Source of the DNA: Squalus acanthias
Taxonomy: Eukaryota
Direction of reading: 5' to 3'
DNA: 64,000 nucleotides
Assembly: GCA_030390025.1 (NCBI GenBank)
Contig: CM059437.1
Span: 17,112,001-17,176,000, forward strand
The notes under the pieces: model-generated
What the model was told of the DNA's origin: nothing
The model's database searches: none
Seen by the model: only the letters and a program-made list of their open reading frames with translations
Shown: in pieces, positions 12,629 through 27,810 of the stretch
Layout: every line of letters starts with the position of its first letter
Position numbering within the stretch: the stretch's first letter is position 1
Position numbers and translations under genes: made by a program

Positions 12629-15600
12629 AGGGTATCAGCATCATGCACTCCCAGGTCAGGAAGTCAGGTTGAATACTTCCAGATGCAGAATAAAGCTCCT
12701 TCTACTCTGCCCCAACAATATACATTAGTTTCAACATCAAACGCATGTCCCCTACTGCACCAATGTGACATTTTTTCCATTTCCCACGCCAACCTGCCTT
12801 GTACCTTCTTATTTATATTTATATTATACTCTCAAAATACAAATTATGACTGAGAATTAAGTTTTGTGCTGTATGCCCATACTAAAAATTGGATTAAGGC
12901 TGCCCAAACTCATTTCACATTGGTCCCCTACAGCCAGCAAGCAGCCTGTGATGGATTTGAACCCAAAGGTAAAATGCTAGAGTTTAACCCACTGCACCAT
13001 CCAGTTCTCTCTCATTCTGATTTTTAACCATTGCTTTAATTGATAACTTACTATTAATGCACTGTTGCACTTTACATGCAATGAACACAATATGTAATTT
13101 AGCAATAGTTAGAGCAAAGTAACAATTTAATTTCAACTGTTGAAGAGATGCAAATATTTCTGCCGACAGGATTTTTATATAACAGCTCCAACTTGAAATG
13201 ATCGTGAGTCAATGGAGTATCAATTCCTCGGTGCCCAGTTTCATGCGGAAAGGCAGTGACGTGGCCGCAACATGTGCCCAAATTGGGAGGTCCGAGGCTG
13301 GCCCGTCATGGGTCCTGTAGATGACAAAGCCCATGGGGTAAAAATGTGTATTCATCTTAAAAGTGCACAGTAATCTTGCATAGTTTGTAATACCACAAAC
13401 CTGTTAGATGAAAGTATATGATTTCTAAGAATTAAATTCAGGACATTATTTCTAGTGTTAGCACTTGTCTTACTTGTTTTTAATTTTCCAGCCATCTCGA
13501 CTTATCTAATGTGCTAGATTTGAATTTATTGCCTATTTGAATTCATGGTTTTATTTTTGCAAATTTGTTTTTACATATTCTTTGTCAAACCTGAATTTCA
13601 GTGTGTATTAGTACACTTCCCACCAAGAAATAGTAACACAGATTGGTCCAGCTCTGTTATTTTAAAACAACCAGTCTGATTGAAAATTTTAACTGGCGGA
13701 TATAAGGACCCAGGGAAGTCTTTGGCTTCATGAGAGTTTAATTCCCTACTTCACCGTGTTAGATTACCTGATTTGTGCCATGATGGTTCTCCGGAGGTCA
13801 GTGAAGGATTAGAAAGCTCAGTTCCATTCAGTGTCATGTGAAACACAGTTCATTAAATGGGTTGATCTGTTCTGGGAATGCAGACAAAACAGTCCCCTGG
13901 TTATACAAAGTAAAAACACTCAGAAAACAGTTAGCACCATGGAAATCCAGAGCATGGTAACTCCTGACGAAATCCATTAGTGCCCAATGCTTGAGAAATT
14001 CTACAGTCAATAAAAATGCTGAAATCACTGATTGCACCTCCAGAGAGGTTTTGTGACTATGAATCAAACACTATTTGTCTTTTCAAATAATGTAAATGTG
14101 TTCTCTAGTCTCTACTTCTGATAAATAATGAATTGATTTTCATTAAAATGGCAACAGAACAATGGAAATATTCCATACCTGGAGGTTATTCATCCTTTTA
14201 AAAGCCAAGGGCTTGATCAAGTTGTACTTTAAAATCATTTTGTTTTAATCAAACTAGTTTTGTATTGAAATTACTTATTCAATGAATTCAAAGTGACAAA
14301 CCAAAAACACTGCCTTTATCTGAACCATAGATTTATGTGATTCATTTTAACAGACTTGTTGTCATTTGTTATGTTAACATATTACAATAGTGAGATTATT
14401 TTTCCTCAGTGTTATTGACTGTTCATTCCTGTAATGACTGGCTTTTGTCATGCTCTTTAATGTTCTTTGTGATGCAAAGTGGATTGTATTTTGACATGAA
14501 TGAAAGTTATCAACTATACCATTTATTCATAATATCAATGCTATCATAAAGTGTTTCTTTTAGTGAGGTCTGAAATTATCCAATGTACAAATAATTTTAA
14601 TATACTCACATTTAGTAAAAGCAACAAGCATTTTTTTTCCAAAATAAGTTATTTCAATACAGAAATGTTACACTCAAGAAATTCAATATAAGAATTCAGC
14701 TTGTTTGGATTCAGATGGTTGAGGTAACTATAGCGATTGGGTCTATAATCACTTGTCATTTTCTCTCAGACTGTATTAGTATCAAATAAACAGAACAGAT
14801 GTGAGTTTCTAGGATAAGTGAAAAGTGTTGCAGAGGTTGTTCCCTTCACTGATAGCTTCTCCATATCACAACTGAACTGAACACTTGTGGTCCCATTCCA
14901 ATCCTTAGTGGACATACTGTGAAATAATTGAGTAACTTGATTTAGTTGCACCCTTGATCCTCTGAGAAACCCATAGTTGAGATTTGATGACTTGAGGGTT
15001 TATCACAGAAGCTCTTTTGAAGATTAATTTTTAAGATAATGAAAGTGGACCCTATCATTGTTGCTAATGTATCCGTTACTAGTTCCTATGGAGGCAAAAT
15101 GTGAAAAAGTAATTTATTTTATTCATGATTTTTAGGAGGTACGGAGAAACTTGGAATGCTCGGTAGCATGCCAAGTAGAAATAGTTTTGCACAGGCACCA
15201 GTATCCTTTCAATTTCTCTTTTCTTCCCAAAGTGTCCGGATGGCAAGATTATTCTGGCCATGACGATTTCACAGATTGGGGAGAGAAATTTTGAATAAAC
15301 AAAACTGGAGGTAGATAGAAGGAATGTGATGAGATTTATCAGGAGCAGAAGACTGGCTGATAACGAAAAGATACGTAATCCAAATAAATCTAATTGGACA
15401 TGACATAGATGTATTGTTTGCTATGAAGTGAATTTGTATTGTTTATAAAAGAATATTTTACATGTTACTTTGGTTATATTGATTCCCTTTTGCCTTAGTT
15501 AGCATAATGCTGTGGAATCAAAATTAGAAGTTGATCAGTTTCTTAATAGACGTGTATTAAAATAAATGCCTTAGATGATGCCTCCAAATAATTTGGTTGA

Positions 15601-18600
15601 TATCCAAATAAACTAGACTAACCAGCCACAAGGAACCGTGGAGTGGTGCCATCTTAAGCAAACCAAATGGGTTTTATACAATGATAATGGCCAATTAACC
15701 ACTGGTGTGATGCCACAAAGAAGCATTAGAAATACACTTGAATGGCTATCTATCCCGCTGGTCATTATCAGGTACTAGACTGTATTTTAAAAGCTATATA
15801 AAGTACTGGCCAGTTTCTTGGTATTCATTCTTAACCTTCAATTCTAAATATCTATATACTGATCAAAAATTGACCTTATATGGAAGTCCCATAATTTTTC
15901 ATTCATTAATTGCTGAGTTGCACAAGTTGTATAAATATATCACACCAAAAGATAGAAAGCATCCTTTACATAAACTTTCAGTTTTTACTGATAATGACTG
16001 ATAAAATCCTGGATATCAAAATTACTAATTCATTTATTTATTGAATTTTCACCCAAAAATTTACATTTACTAAATCACAATGATGAAATCACTGTCAATT
16101 AAATTCCTGGTCTGTCCATGGTCTCCCCGACTTCTTTGCTAGATTCTCGATTTCTATCAAGAACCTTTTGTTTGATCGAATAGAGCCTGCCATCATCAGA
16201 GTTCAAATGTAGTCATTAAAACTTTTTAAAACAAACTCTGACCAAAGAAAAAAATTATTTACTAATTCTGTATCTCTTAAGTAAAATAGGGGACATGTAT
16301 TTTGAAAGCTGTATAAAGAGGCTAAGTGGATAAGACTAGATAGACATGGTTTGACTGGATCCACACTCTCAAAGCATTGTTTTTTTAAAACTATTTCTGT
16401 TGAGAAGGTGCTCAGGTCATCCAGTGTTTGCACCCCTGAGCATGTTTGAAACCCAACTTGACACTGCACTGGAGTTATACTTCATGCCGTGTTCAGTCCA
16501 AGTAGATAGGCCCCAAGAGGGAGGCTTCACATCTCTGCGCTCCCATCAGATCACAACCTGGCTGCAGAGTTATATTGGGACCTTTTATGCCTCCCTGCAA
16601 GATGAAAACTGCCTCTCAGTGACTCAATAGTGACTATATAACTGCAATCTAATTTTCACTAAGTTTATTGATATTAAATTTTCTTTTGACTTTTTTGATT
16701 GGACAACAGATTTAAAAAAAAATAAAAACTGGTATAAATTAATATACACAGATATTCACACTGTTTTTCCCAGTTATTCACTGCAGGTTTCTCAATGAGC
16801 TTGTAGTGATCAGGTCACAGTCATTAACCTTTAATGTGAATCTCATCACCTATGAATGCCACAAAGTCACTGCAAGCAAAAGGGACACAAAACTGAATAA
16901 GATCACTGACAAACTTCATAATATATTAACAGAATAATGAAATACTCTGATGTGATCTTAAGGCTAGTCTAAGGTGTTTGAATGATCAACGTGCTTAAGT
17001 TTCACATTTGTGGTTTATGTCAACTGAATTGCTGAATCACATTACTCTCTTGTAATCATCACAAGGTATATGTCATTCTCTATGTAACAAATTATTTGTA
17101 ATCTAAGTTATGTTATGTATATTCTTATCGAATCATTACACCCCCAGCTGAATTTTTAATCCCTGTGAATCTGCTCAAATACAATTCTAAATCCATCCAT
17201 TACTGTAGAAACATAGAGGTACTGTATTAATTTATAAATTACCATGTATTTAACGAACAAAAATAGCATATATCAATCTTCAAAAGACATGAGCGAATAT
17301 GACCTTATTAATAATATACCTGGATATGAATTATATTTTCTGTTAAATGTATTCAACTGGTATGAAAATGGAATATGCTTTGAAAATATTAAATAAGCTC
17401 AAACAATTATACCCAAAATAGTTACTCAAAAGTCAAAATTTGAGTTGTGAATATTTTTGTTCAGAAGCTTTTATTATCTGAGGATTAATTAAGGAAATGG
17501 ACTAAAATGAGCCATAGTGTAGTATAGATTGATTAAAATGAGGAGAATGTATTTTCAAGTTCAAATAATCAGTGCATTGGGTTCAGTTAGCAGTTAACGA
17601 TTAAAATATCGTCTATTCTGTATTTCAGGGCCAAGTATGTAAAGCCTTTATTTGTGGCTACTGACTTTCTAACTTATGCAGTGTGAAGTGTGGAAAATAT
17701 AAAATATTGGCTGATTGGGAGTAAATTGCAACTTGCATGAGATCCTACTTTGTTTGGAGGGAGTATGTGTCTGTATAACTGCAAGAACACTGACGAGCCC
17801 AAAGCAAAGGACGGGGGCGATTCGCACGGACCATTGGCATCTCCACCTAAGTGATTACCTATACAGGTGAGATAGCTCATTGCTGCACACGAACAATTAA
17901 TACGTGATGTTGGAATAGCACGATGGAATTGCTTAGAGGAATCATGTGAAACTAGTAAGCGCCAATTGGATGGTTTTTTTTTAGGACACATTGGACCAAT
18001 CATCATAATTTGGATGTTCCCGTACTAGTCACTGATGTGTGTTGGAAACATCCACTCTGCCTTTTCCGCTTCTGATGTTGTGTGCAGTTCTGCACAAAAG
18101 GACCATTTTAATGATCCACTCTCGCACTCCCCTCTCTCTGTGCAGAATAACGGATAGTTGGTGAATTGCAGAAGTCTAAGGTGGCTGCAGGTCAGTCTAT
18201 GCCCGAACACTGTAAAGCACAAGTGAATATCGGAAATTCCAATTCCCATGTTTGATATACTGCTGACCATCTACTGCTTTGCGTGAAACGTATGCCCTCA
18301 TGTTATATCTGCTTAAAATGGAAAGGGAAGCGAATGGGTGAGGGGGCCATCAGGACAGGGTGCGCTGTAAGAAAGCACAACGTAAAACCAGGCAGGTGGA
18401 GTAAAATCACGAGGACATTATCTGCATGTTCTGACGTGGGAATCTGAAGTTTAGAGCGTTCATTTTCAGAAACGGCGTGTGGAGGTTAGAAAATGAAACG
18501 GGCTGAGGTGCAAATGTTCCGCTTGATACTACAAAAATAAGCACACCGGCTGCGCAGTCTTGCTCATCAATCATCCAATGTAGTTGGAATTTCAAAGTGA

Positions 18601-21600
18601 ATGGAAGTTTCGTGCTAGTTTTGCTTGTTTGTCTGTGGCAGGGACCTTGACTTAAATAGCACCCTCCCCCTCCCTTATATCGATGGAAAAGCGAACATCC
18701 AGAGGAGACATGCACAAAAATATTTTTTTCGGAATAGGTGTATAATCCGCTCTCCCTTTATTCGCAGAGTCGGGCAGCGGTACAAACATTGAAAGGAAGG
18801 CCCACCTCGACCTGTAATTGCGCTTTTGATTCTAGATTTCTGTCTTTTCCTCCCATACAGTGCTTTATTATACTGATCAAAGCTTTTTTTTTGACCGTTG
18901 CTATCACGCACAAGGTCTCTGAGATATTCGTTGCTTGCTTTTGAAGAAACATTTTCATATTCCCAGTTGCATTGTGTGTGTAAAAACAACCCAAAAAAAG
19001 ATTATTTTTTTAAAAAAACATGTTTCTTGATTAATTCACAGGGCAATCCCTAATGAGAACTAAAATCTTCACCGAACCAAAAGCAGGTTGGATTCACTTG
19101 ACAAAGTGATAAGCGAAGACTCGTTGGACCAACCAGCGGCCAGAACATACTCTTAGCGACATTTTATTTTGTATCTAAGGTGATTAAGAGGAGCCGAGCT
19201 CATTGAAACGGTTTTCCAGCTTTATATTAAACGTAATTGAAATTGCAGTAATATTGCACGAGTTACCAGTAAACGAATATCAGAGACATACTTGAGATTT
19301 AATTTGTCTTTTTTTAAAACTTGGTTCTAAAAGTGTTACCTTCCCAATAAACACACACAAAGATTGGAGTTCTCATACAGAGAAAGGTGATTAACGAATC
19401 CCAAAGCTTCCATCCAGCAACAGAACGCACTGCACGAGCAGTGTACTAGTCTGGCCCTTTGCGATTTATTCTTCCATTTAATAATTAGAAACTCATCCCA
19501 TTTATGAACATAATTGCCTTCAGAAACATTAGCATGAAAGTAATCAAATGCAAAATCTTGAAAAGTGAAACTGCAAAGAAAGCAAAATGTGACTCCAGTA
19601 TTGATAACGGTAAATTCTTTGTAGGGCTGGGCAAACAAGATGAACTATAATGGGAGCAGAAGTGGTTGTGTTCATCAGGGACTCCCCCCCCCCCCCCCCC
19701 CCCCCCGTTAATTCGGTTGAATCGCTCGGCTTCTCCGCCCCTGTCGTTCACTTCTGCAGCAGCCAAGGCAACAGAGCAATTTCGCCTCATCAGGAGATAA
19801 ATGGCGGGAGCAGAGAGTGGTTCTGAAACGAGGGACGCATGTGCCCAAGAACCGCAGGATTAGTGCCCTTCCTGTCGCCATCAAGCTCTGTGCAAATTCT
19901 TTCCAAACCTGCAAGCTTAAACACATCCAGTGGTTATGTGCGAGCTGGCCACTATCCAGTACCACAAATGGAATAGAAACAGCACTGCCTTTCCAAATTC
20001 AGCAGCAAAAACATCATGCTCATTTTTTATTTGCAAATAGGCGCGAGTGCGCGCTCATTTAGAAGAGGACGCTGTGTTGTGTTTAGATTCTTTTGCACGA
20101 ATTGAAACTCGAATTTGATTATATGTTTGCTTATGGGCTGTTATTTGTAAACTACAGATCAAAAGTGCTGATTAGGAGGTGAACAATACATTAATGTTAA
20201 TAATACGTTAAGGTTAACAAAACCATTGTGAGCGCTCCATTATTTGAAGTAGAAAATTAAACATTAAATAATATGATATGCTAAACAACAATCTTTGTGG
20301 TCTTTGGTGTGTGGCTTGTGTTTGGTGTTATTAAAAATACAAATTAAGATTTGGAAATTTTGGTGACACGGAATTACCGAAAGAAAATGCAAGTGATGAG
20401 ACAGCAGCATTATTTTAAACAGCTTATCCGCAATTCGAGTTTCCCTGAATATAGGTTATGAGTGGGGAATGTAACGAAATGATATCTGGGCATTCAGCTC
20501 CGGTCTTTTTGAATGAGTTGCGAGCCAATGCAAACTGAGCCTGTCTCACAAGATGGGGGGCGATCATGCCCATTGAATTTGAAGAGCCTTTTATTTTTTT
20601 TAATCGCCGCGAAACGCAGCTGCTCTTTGTTTGTTGCTGTTAAATAGTTCAAACTAATCCAGTCGCGATTATAGTCATTTTTGTGCCATCAGGAAAAGAT
20701 CATTGTAGCTGAGAGTAACACTGGCGAAATCCGAAGTATCAGAGCCAGAGCATGCATGGCGATTAATTTGAATGTCTACCCATCTCCCCCCCCAACCCCC
20801 CGTCCAATAAAACAAACTACCGTACTAGTCGGTTTAACAATCGGTGTTTGTTTTGGAATAGTCAGATTAAGATATGTTCTCGTCTGTAATCGTAAAAACC
20901 GCTGTTAAAAATCCAGTACCGAAAAGTAAGTGAACTGACTGAAGACTGATAGTAATTCAACCGCCTAAAATCAGCATTAAGAGCTCTAATTAAATGTGCT
21001 TTCTCATTCACAGGCAAAGACTCGTTTAATGGTTCGAATAATTGGATTCTATTTGTCAAATTCCAATTTGTATTTTCCGCTATATTGAGGTGAAAAGTCC
21101 CCAATGGTTTTGAGCATCATTCTGTGATGAACTAACATTCCTGCCCAAACCGGTTCAAATTTTGACTTTGTCTTTGGCTCAGGCTTGTAGAGTGACTGAA
21201 TCGGTCACCTGTTTAGCTCAGTGTCCCTCCTTCATCTTCAACTGTAGAAAATCTGCTTTACAGGTAAAATTTTGTTCATGGCATTAGCTCACAGTCGGGT
21301 AAAAGTTCTGACCACCGTGCCTTTTAAGCTAAGTGTCGGTTTATCAGATTTGTTACTTCATAAGTGCAGTATTCAAAAGGCTGCAATAACCATTTCAAAA
21401 GAACGATTACGGTTTTAGTTTTACGAATTTAAAATCTGTATTTTTATAATGAATATTATAGCATAGTTAACCAGTTTTATTAATACATGTGGGCAACCGA
21501 GATTACCATTATACATTTATTAAAATACGAATGTCAAAGTAGTTTGCATTATAACAAAGGGCACCTTTTAAACGAATATTTCATGTACAAAGTTCACTTT

Positions 21601-24600
21601 TCACAAAGCAAGCAACTAAAACAGATAATTATCTAAACATTATCAATTTTAACGACAACTTAAATTTGGTTATTCGCGGCCAAGGTGTAAATTTGTATGC
21701 ATAGATGGACAAGTGTAAAATCCGGGTTTTATGGTTATTTAGTTTGGAGTTCAATGCAATCAGCCCAGATAAGTGCACACTGCCTAATGGATATATTGCA
21801 GCAACGCCAAACAGGGAAGAGACTTTCCAGTTGGAACAAAGCGGCTGCTATGCATTTTTTCCGTGTCATCATAGTCAAACTCAGTAATTTTCCTTAAGCC
21901 AAGGTTACCCACTTTAACTTGACTCTGGCAATATAAACCATATTTATCTTGATTAAAGAGCAGTTTCTGGTTTTGTGAATTAAGAGAACCCTCTCTGCCC
22001 AATCAAAAAGTCCAGTTCCTTTAGTGGATCTGAATAGGACATTTATTATTTATGCTTATCTTACACCATGCTTGTTGGTCTTGTATTTAAAACGTATTAA
22101 TTCGTTTCAAAGTCGTGTAGTGGGGGTGTTGCGACGCCTGGATGTCTGCTCTGACGTTCCCATGTCTAGTTATTAGAGCTTCTCTCCTTCTATTACTCCA
22201 CATTGAAGCCTCTGCCTCCAATGCATGGCTCCAGGGCTCGCCTTTGTTCTTCCTATATCCATAATTATAGCTTTTAAAAGAGGGTACCTTTCCTTTTCTC
22301 GGTGCTTCTCCGTGTTATGACAACCACTTTGAATTGTCACCAAATGATTTACGTCTTGCACTGCACGATTTGCTAATCCAGCATTTTAAATTTATGTTTT
22401 GCAAATCTAACAAAGTCTAACAAAATTAAAGAACAAACATACAAGTAATGCTTGCGAAAATATGATGTTTCAACTTCCAACAACGAAACAGTGTCTCCTT
22501 TTTATGTTTTTAGATTGTAATGGGAAAGTGGTAAAATGTACTATGTAGAGCATGCTTTTGGGGAATTCTGTACTGATATTCCAGTGTATTTGTGTAGGTC
22601 CCCTATATCTGGGCGAAGGTATTTACGTTGTTATCTAATGTGATTGCATGTTCCTACAGTCCCTTCAATAGGATCATAACTCTAGGATATGTGTTAAAAT
22701 TAGACTGTTAACGACGGCTTAATGGCTTGGTAAAAACTAGTCTGCCTGGATCAGCAAAAGTAAATTAATCGTCTCTATAAAGCTGCATTCATGCTTTTAA
22801 CTGAAAAACAAAGTTTGTGAGCAATTGTATATGTAAATTTATATTGGAATATACTTCCAAGCTAGGGCGGACAATTGATTTGCGATTAAGAATGGATTTA
22901 TTCGTGGCAGCGGATTTACAACAAATGTCATCATAACTGTTCCACTAAATTAGTCAGCGAATATTAACTATTAAAAATTCGTCTTTTAAAGTTTTTTTTT
23001 TACTTCCCCAGAATAGTTCATAAAGTACAAACGGATATTTCTGGAAGATATTTGTCTACAATTACTGATTTTATATGTTCCTTAACTTTTTCGGCCACAC
23101 GTTCTCACCTCAAACTTTACTTTATTCTTCCAATCTATTCAGTAATTTTGAATTGAACGCCACATTTTTTTTAAAGTGCTTGGGTTTCTACTTTTTTTTG
23201 CATCATAAGCTATTAGCTATTAAATGAAGTTACACATTTCTTCCGTGAGTCGTTCCAAAAAAGCGGGTGCGTTTACAAACTGTATGTAAAAGTCCTAAAT
23301 GTACCAATTGGACGAAACCAGACGTTTCCAGGATGTCCTCCTGCCCTTGCAGAAAATGTACAGAAACAAGTTTATCGCGTGAACGCTGATTTTACCTTTC
23401 AAACCTTGTCCAAAGCAAACATAAAGTGGAATAACGATGTAGCCGTGTAGCCATCAGTTCTAAATGGTTCAAAATTGACCTTAATTATTGCAGCAAGTTT
23501 GCATTTCGCAAATTGTTTTCTTGTTGTGTCAGAAATAGATTTTAGAATCGATACATTAGCATCTCAATATCCTTCTATTCGATAGCATATGCAGGACGAG
23601 CGGTGGAGTTATTGGTTAAACAGCTTTTAAAGGGAACAGTTAAGACAATGGCCTAATGTTGGTATTTATCGCTGCATTTAGCGTGTTAAACTGTGCAGAG
23701 TAACACTGGGTATATGAATCTTACACGAAAGCAACAATACCAGTTCCCTCGTGTTGGCTGGATTTAATCAAATAAACGGTTATACCTGCTCAATGCAAAG
23801 AACATGACAACTGTTCTGCAGAAATTACCTTCCATCTAAAGTTTCTCCAAGAGAATTAAGTGCTCAGTCTGGACTGTAGTTGTGAAGCATGTTAAAGTAG
23901 TCGAGATTTGCAGTCCATACTCCGCGTTTTAATTTATTGAGTCAAAATGTATTTTGGCTCAAAATGGAAGGAAGGATCAAGAATTTTAAGTCAAATTGTA
24001 CCAATATTAAACTTCCTCTAAAGCTCCCATGACTGGCAAATGGAAACTCTCCCAGCGCACAAGCTTTAACTTTCACAGTCTTCTGATTACTTGTTTACAT
24101 AACACATTGTACTACAAGTTATTTGGCAAGTTAACATTATTCGCTACCGCATGGACACAAACAGCATCTGGGCACAAGGGGAGGTATAGCACTTTTGATA
24201 GTTATTAACCCACGAGACACGTCTTGGGGAATAGTTGCTAAATGCGGAGGAAAAAACACACAGTGCTGTTTTCAGTCCAAGATGAAATCAAATGCCTTTT
24301 GTGCGAAATGGATTTGAACAGGCTGGAAAGTCAAATTTCTATATACCTCAAATTGTGTCCGTGTGATTTATGAACGTGAGGGGGACATTTATGTGTGTGT
24401 GCATGCTTTGCCAATGACACTCTCTCTTCATATCAGAATAATTGTAGGCGAGATTGTACAGGAGAGAAGGCTGATTGTTGTTTTGCTGATGGCTGTTCAG
24501 TCGAAAATGTTGTACCTCTCGATTAAACAAATGCATCCCAGATTAAATATATATAACCGCAGATTAAATGGATATACCTCCAACCGTAAAATCGAGATGA

Positions 24601-27339
24601 AGCGCCAAGTAGTAATATCACAGGATCCGCAAAGTACTAGTTAACATCTAACCTAGACTCCTATAAAAAAAAACCTTTGCAAAAACTATTTTAAAAAGGT
24701 GACGCACAGCAAGTGTTTTATGTGTATATCACGAATGTATTTATTGAGGGCAAGCAGCACAGCGCTAAGCTACAGAATGATCAACAGAGAGCGTTTATGT
24801 AAACAGGAAGATGGTGTTGCTTCTGAATACACAATCGTTGCTGTATTTTGGTTACCACCCCGTCAATGTAAATACTCTGCATTATATCACCCTTATTCTA
24901 AAGAAAGGCTAGTCTTCTTCATTTTAATAACCCTGTGGTCTTATAAAGTGTGTTTCGCAATCAATAAGCTTCGGATTGGAAATGAATAATATTTCCAATT
25001 CGCCTCGAGCCGAGTGCTTTACATTTTAGGTAAAAATTGAAAGCCAGCAAAATCGCGAAAATAATCCCCAATTTTCGTAAACCGGTTGCACCTGTTATAT
25101 AATTAACTATTTAACAGCTCGCTTCTCCTTTCTCTCGATGAAAATCCTTTCTTTGGCTGGGTTTGAATGGCCGTCCTGGTACATTTGGAAGGCTGCAAAT
25201 CATCTTCTCAGCAGGAGAAAGAAAACGTAGGGAACGGAACGAGCTCCTCACAATGAGGGGTTTATTCATGCTGCACAGATCAGTAGTAATTACGGACCGC
25301 TAGAAGGCAAAAATTGTTAAATACTGACTACACCCCGCAGCGTTCTTTTATTTTACAAAGCAATTTAAAAATAGTACTGAAAGCTCGACAAAGTATGGAT
25401 ATAAGGGAACATGCTTCGATACAGGAGTTAAAAAAAATGTTTCGATTTCCAAGCACTCGAATTTTGTCCGCCGTACAAGTCCAAATTGTGACTTATTCAC
25501 CTGTTCTTGCTGGGCGCGAGACTGCTCCGTGCTTAGCATGTTTTGAGATCTCAGAAAAATCTGCCAGTTATTTAACAACAACAACAAAAAAAAACCCGAG
25601 GGTTGTGATTGTCAGACGAGATTTTCTGAATAGTTTTGAATCTTTTCACAAGGTGACAAATAGCAGGGGAGTAGAAAAGAATTTTTTAAAAAGCTGACGG
25701 TCAGCAACACGCTTTTATATCATCTGTTGACTTTTATTCTGTGCAAAAAATAAATAAATAAGAGAAAAGTTAAATATTCAGATCGGCGATGTCAGCTTTT
25801 TATAGCCAGCCAGTTTGAAAGAATAGACCCGGTATCAGTTAATTCTAGATTCTAATTAGATCTGATATCCTCCAGTTCTATTTTCTAAACAGTTTGGGAA
25901 TCAATAACTGGATGTCGCGTTGATGTTTATATTGTCGTTTTAAACAAAAACAATTAAAAAAAATACATTTAATGCAGCAACTGGCGTTTTTGTATTGTTA
26001 GTGAACTCTTAAAGATCGGTGGAGCATTTCATATTGTACATTTCCCAGACCGTCAGGAGAAAGGCTCGGATCGGATTTCTTTCTCGCGTGTTCCACTCCA
26101 AGGTTAACAAGCAGAGCAAACAAAGAAAATCTCAGCCTCTCCACATGCTTCCCAACACCTTTGAACCCCTTCCTAGGTGTAGGGAGGCTAGGTAGCTACT
26201 CCATTTATTCACAGCCGCCACCTATCGCTGTCACAACGCTCTCCCATCCATCATCTTTCACTGACACGTGTGGATAAAAAACAAATAAAGTTTTTTTTTG
26301 TTTTTTAAACAACTCACTGACATTTCGTTCATCCTGTGTGCAAACATCATTTTCATTTTTTATACCCCCCCCCCCCCCTCTCCCGTCGCCTTGACAATAT
26401 AATCAGCTAGTTATAATCAGATTGGAAAAATGCATTTCTGTACTTCAGAAAACACCGGAGTCCGCGATTCACCCGTTAATTTAATTGCACGCCAGACGCG
26501 GTATGAAGATAGCGGTCAACAACAACAAAAAAAGTACAGAAATTAGTAAAGGATCTTGACTTTAACAAAGTTCCGGGAACTGGTCCATCCAAGATTCGCT
26601 CTGGGTTCAATAAAAGGATCGTATACTAGCGTTTTCTCTGACGGGACAAATACCTGATGTACCGAGTCCTGGTGATTTCCGACACGAGACTCGAAAGGCA
26701 GCAGTGACAGCGCCAGGCAACTCGCCGCTTGTGACAGGACTAAAGACATTTATAGTTGAAGTGGGTATCACATGAGAATGTCACTTAAATCGCCGCATTG
26801 ATTAGCAGATAGCGGAAGAGACCAGGTATAATTAAGGGATAAAGTATAAGGTAAATGTCCCAAATCACACTTTAAAAAATGCAACGTTCTTTGCGCCTTT
26901 TTGAGTTTTTGTGTGTGTGGAATCCAGCCCTTAGCTTTAACTGTGGTGTGACAGATGAACGAAATACCACTTAAAGCTCCGTGTTCAAATTAGTATGTTA
27001 TATAACTTGTGGGGTACAGTTTGCTTCGTGGCCATTTTAAAATCCTTCTTTTAAACAGTATTGCGTGACCTTTCTGTCTCTTAGTTAAGTTGCCGACCAA
27101 ACCAGGATGGTATTTTCAACACAAACTTTGAGATCGCTAAAGCGGCCGCTCAATTTTTCTTTCATAGTTGTGTTTTTTTTTTACTCGTTTACTCCCCCTT
27201 TTCCTTCTCTTTTTTTTCTAAACCCAACGTCGACTTGCGGTGACTGAGCTACGTTCTGGTGATTGCTCCAGTCCTCGGAGGAGAAGTTCGCGGATTCATT
27301 TTTTTTGAGTGTTTGTTTACCAGTTTTGCCGAGCACGCC

Positions 27340-27590
27340 ATTGCTGGACCCATAAAACAATTTCCTAGCATGTTATAACGTGTTTATGAAATTGTCGGCT
27401 GATTATTTCGGATGGGCTGCTCGCTGATGGAAATGCAGCTTTCATTAACTGATTCTAATTAAAGTTAATTAGGATCGCCGCCGGGTAAGTGATGTAATAC
27501 GCCCTCCGTCCAATCACACCGCAGCAGCCAGCCAATTGGATGCGTTTGCATATCAGATCCATATGCATGAAGCGGCCATGCAAATCCAGA
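27340..27590 (+). promoter_or_regulatory. Dlx4 proximal promoter region
   Basis: CpG-rich, with two CCAAT boxes (about 27510 and 27532), a TAAT/ATTA cluster (27440-27472) and octamer ATGCAAAT (27578-27585), 230-470 bp upstream of the ATG. Confidence 0.55.
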
Positions 27591-27810
27591 AGTTTTCCCT
27601 GAATTTCACGGGGAATTCTCTCAACTTAACCCCCTTTTTTTTGACTCCGCATACAAGTGGGAAATTCGCCTCGACTTGGGAAAATTGAGGAGAAGACGGT
27701 TGGATTTGGTTGGCGATCGGCCTCTGTGTCAGTTTCATGTTGCGCGTCAATTCCATGTCAATTTCCTGCACGCTGGTAATTCCTAGTCAGTCCCGTGCAC
27801 TTCCTCGTTA

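Noticed and set aside
10300-17700. Short ORFs in AT-rich DNA
   Set aside because: No recognisable domains or splice-consistent exons. This looks like intergenic sequence with faint old repeat fragments.
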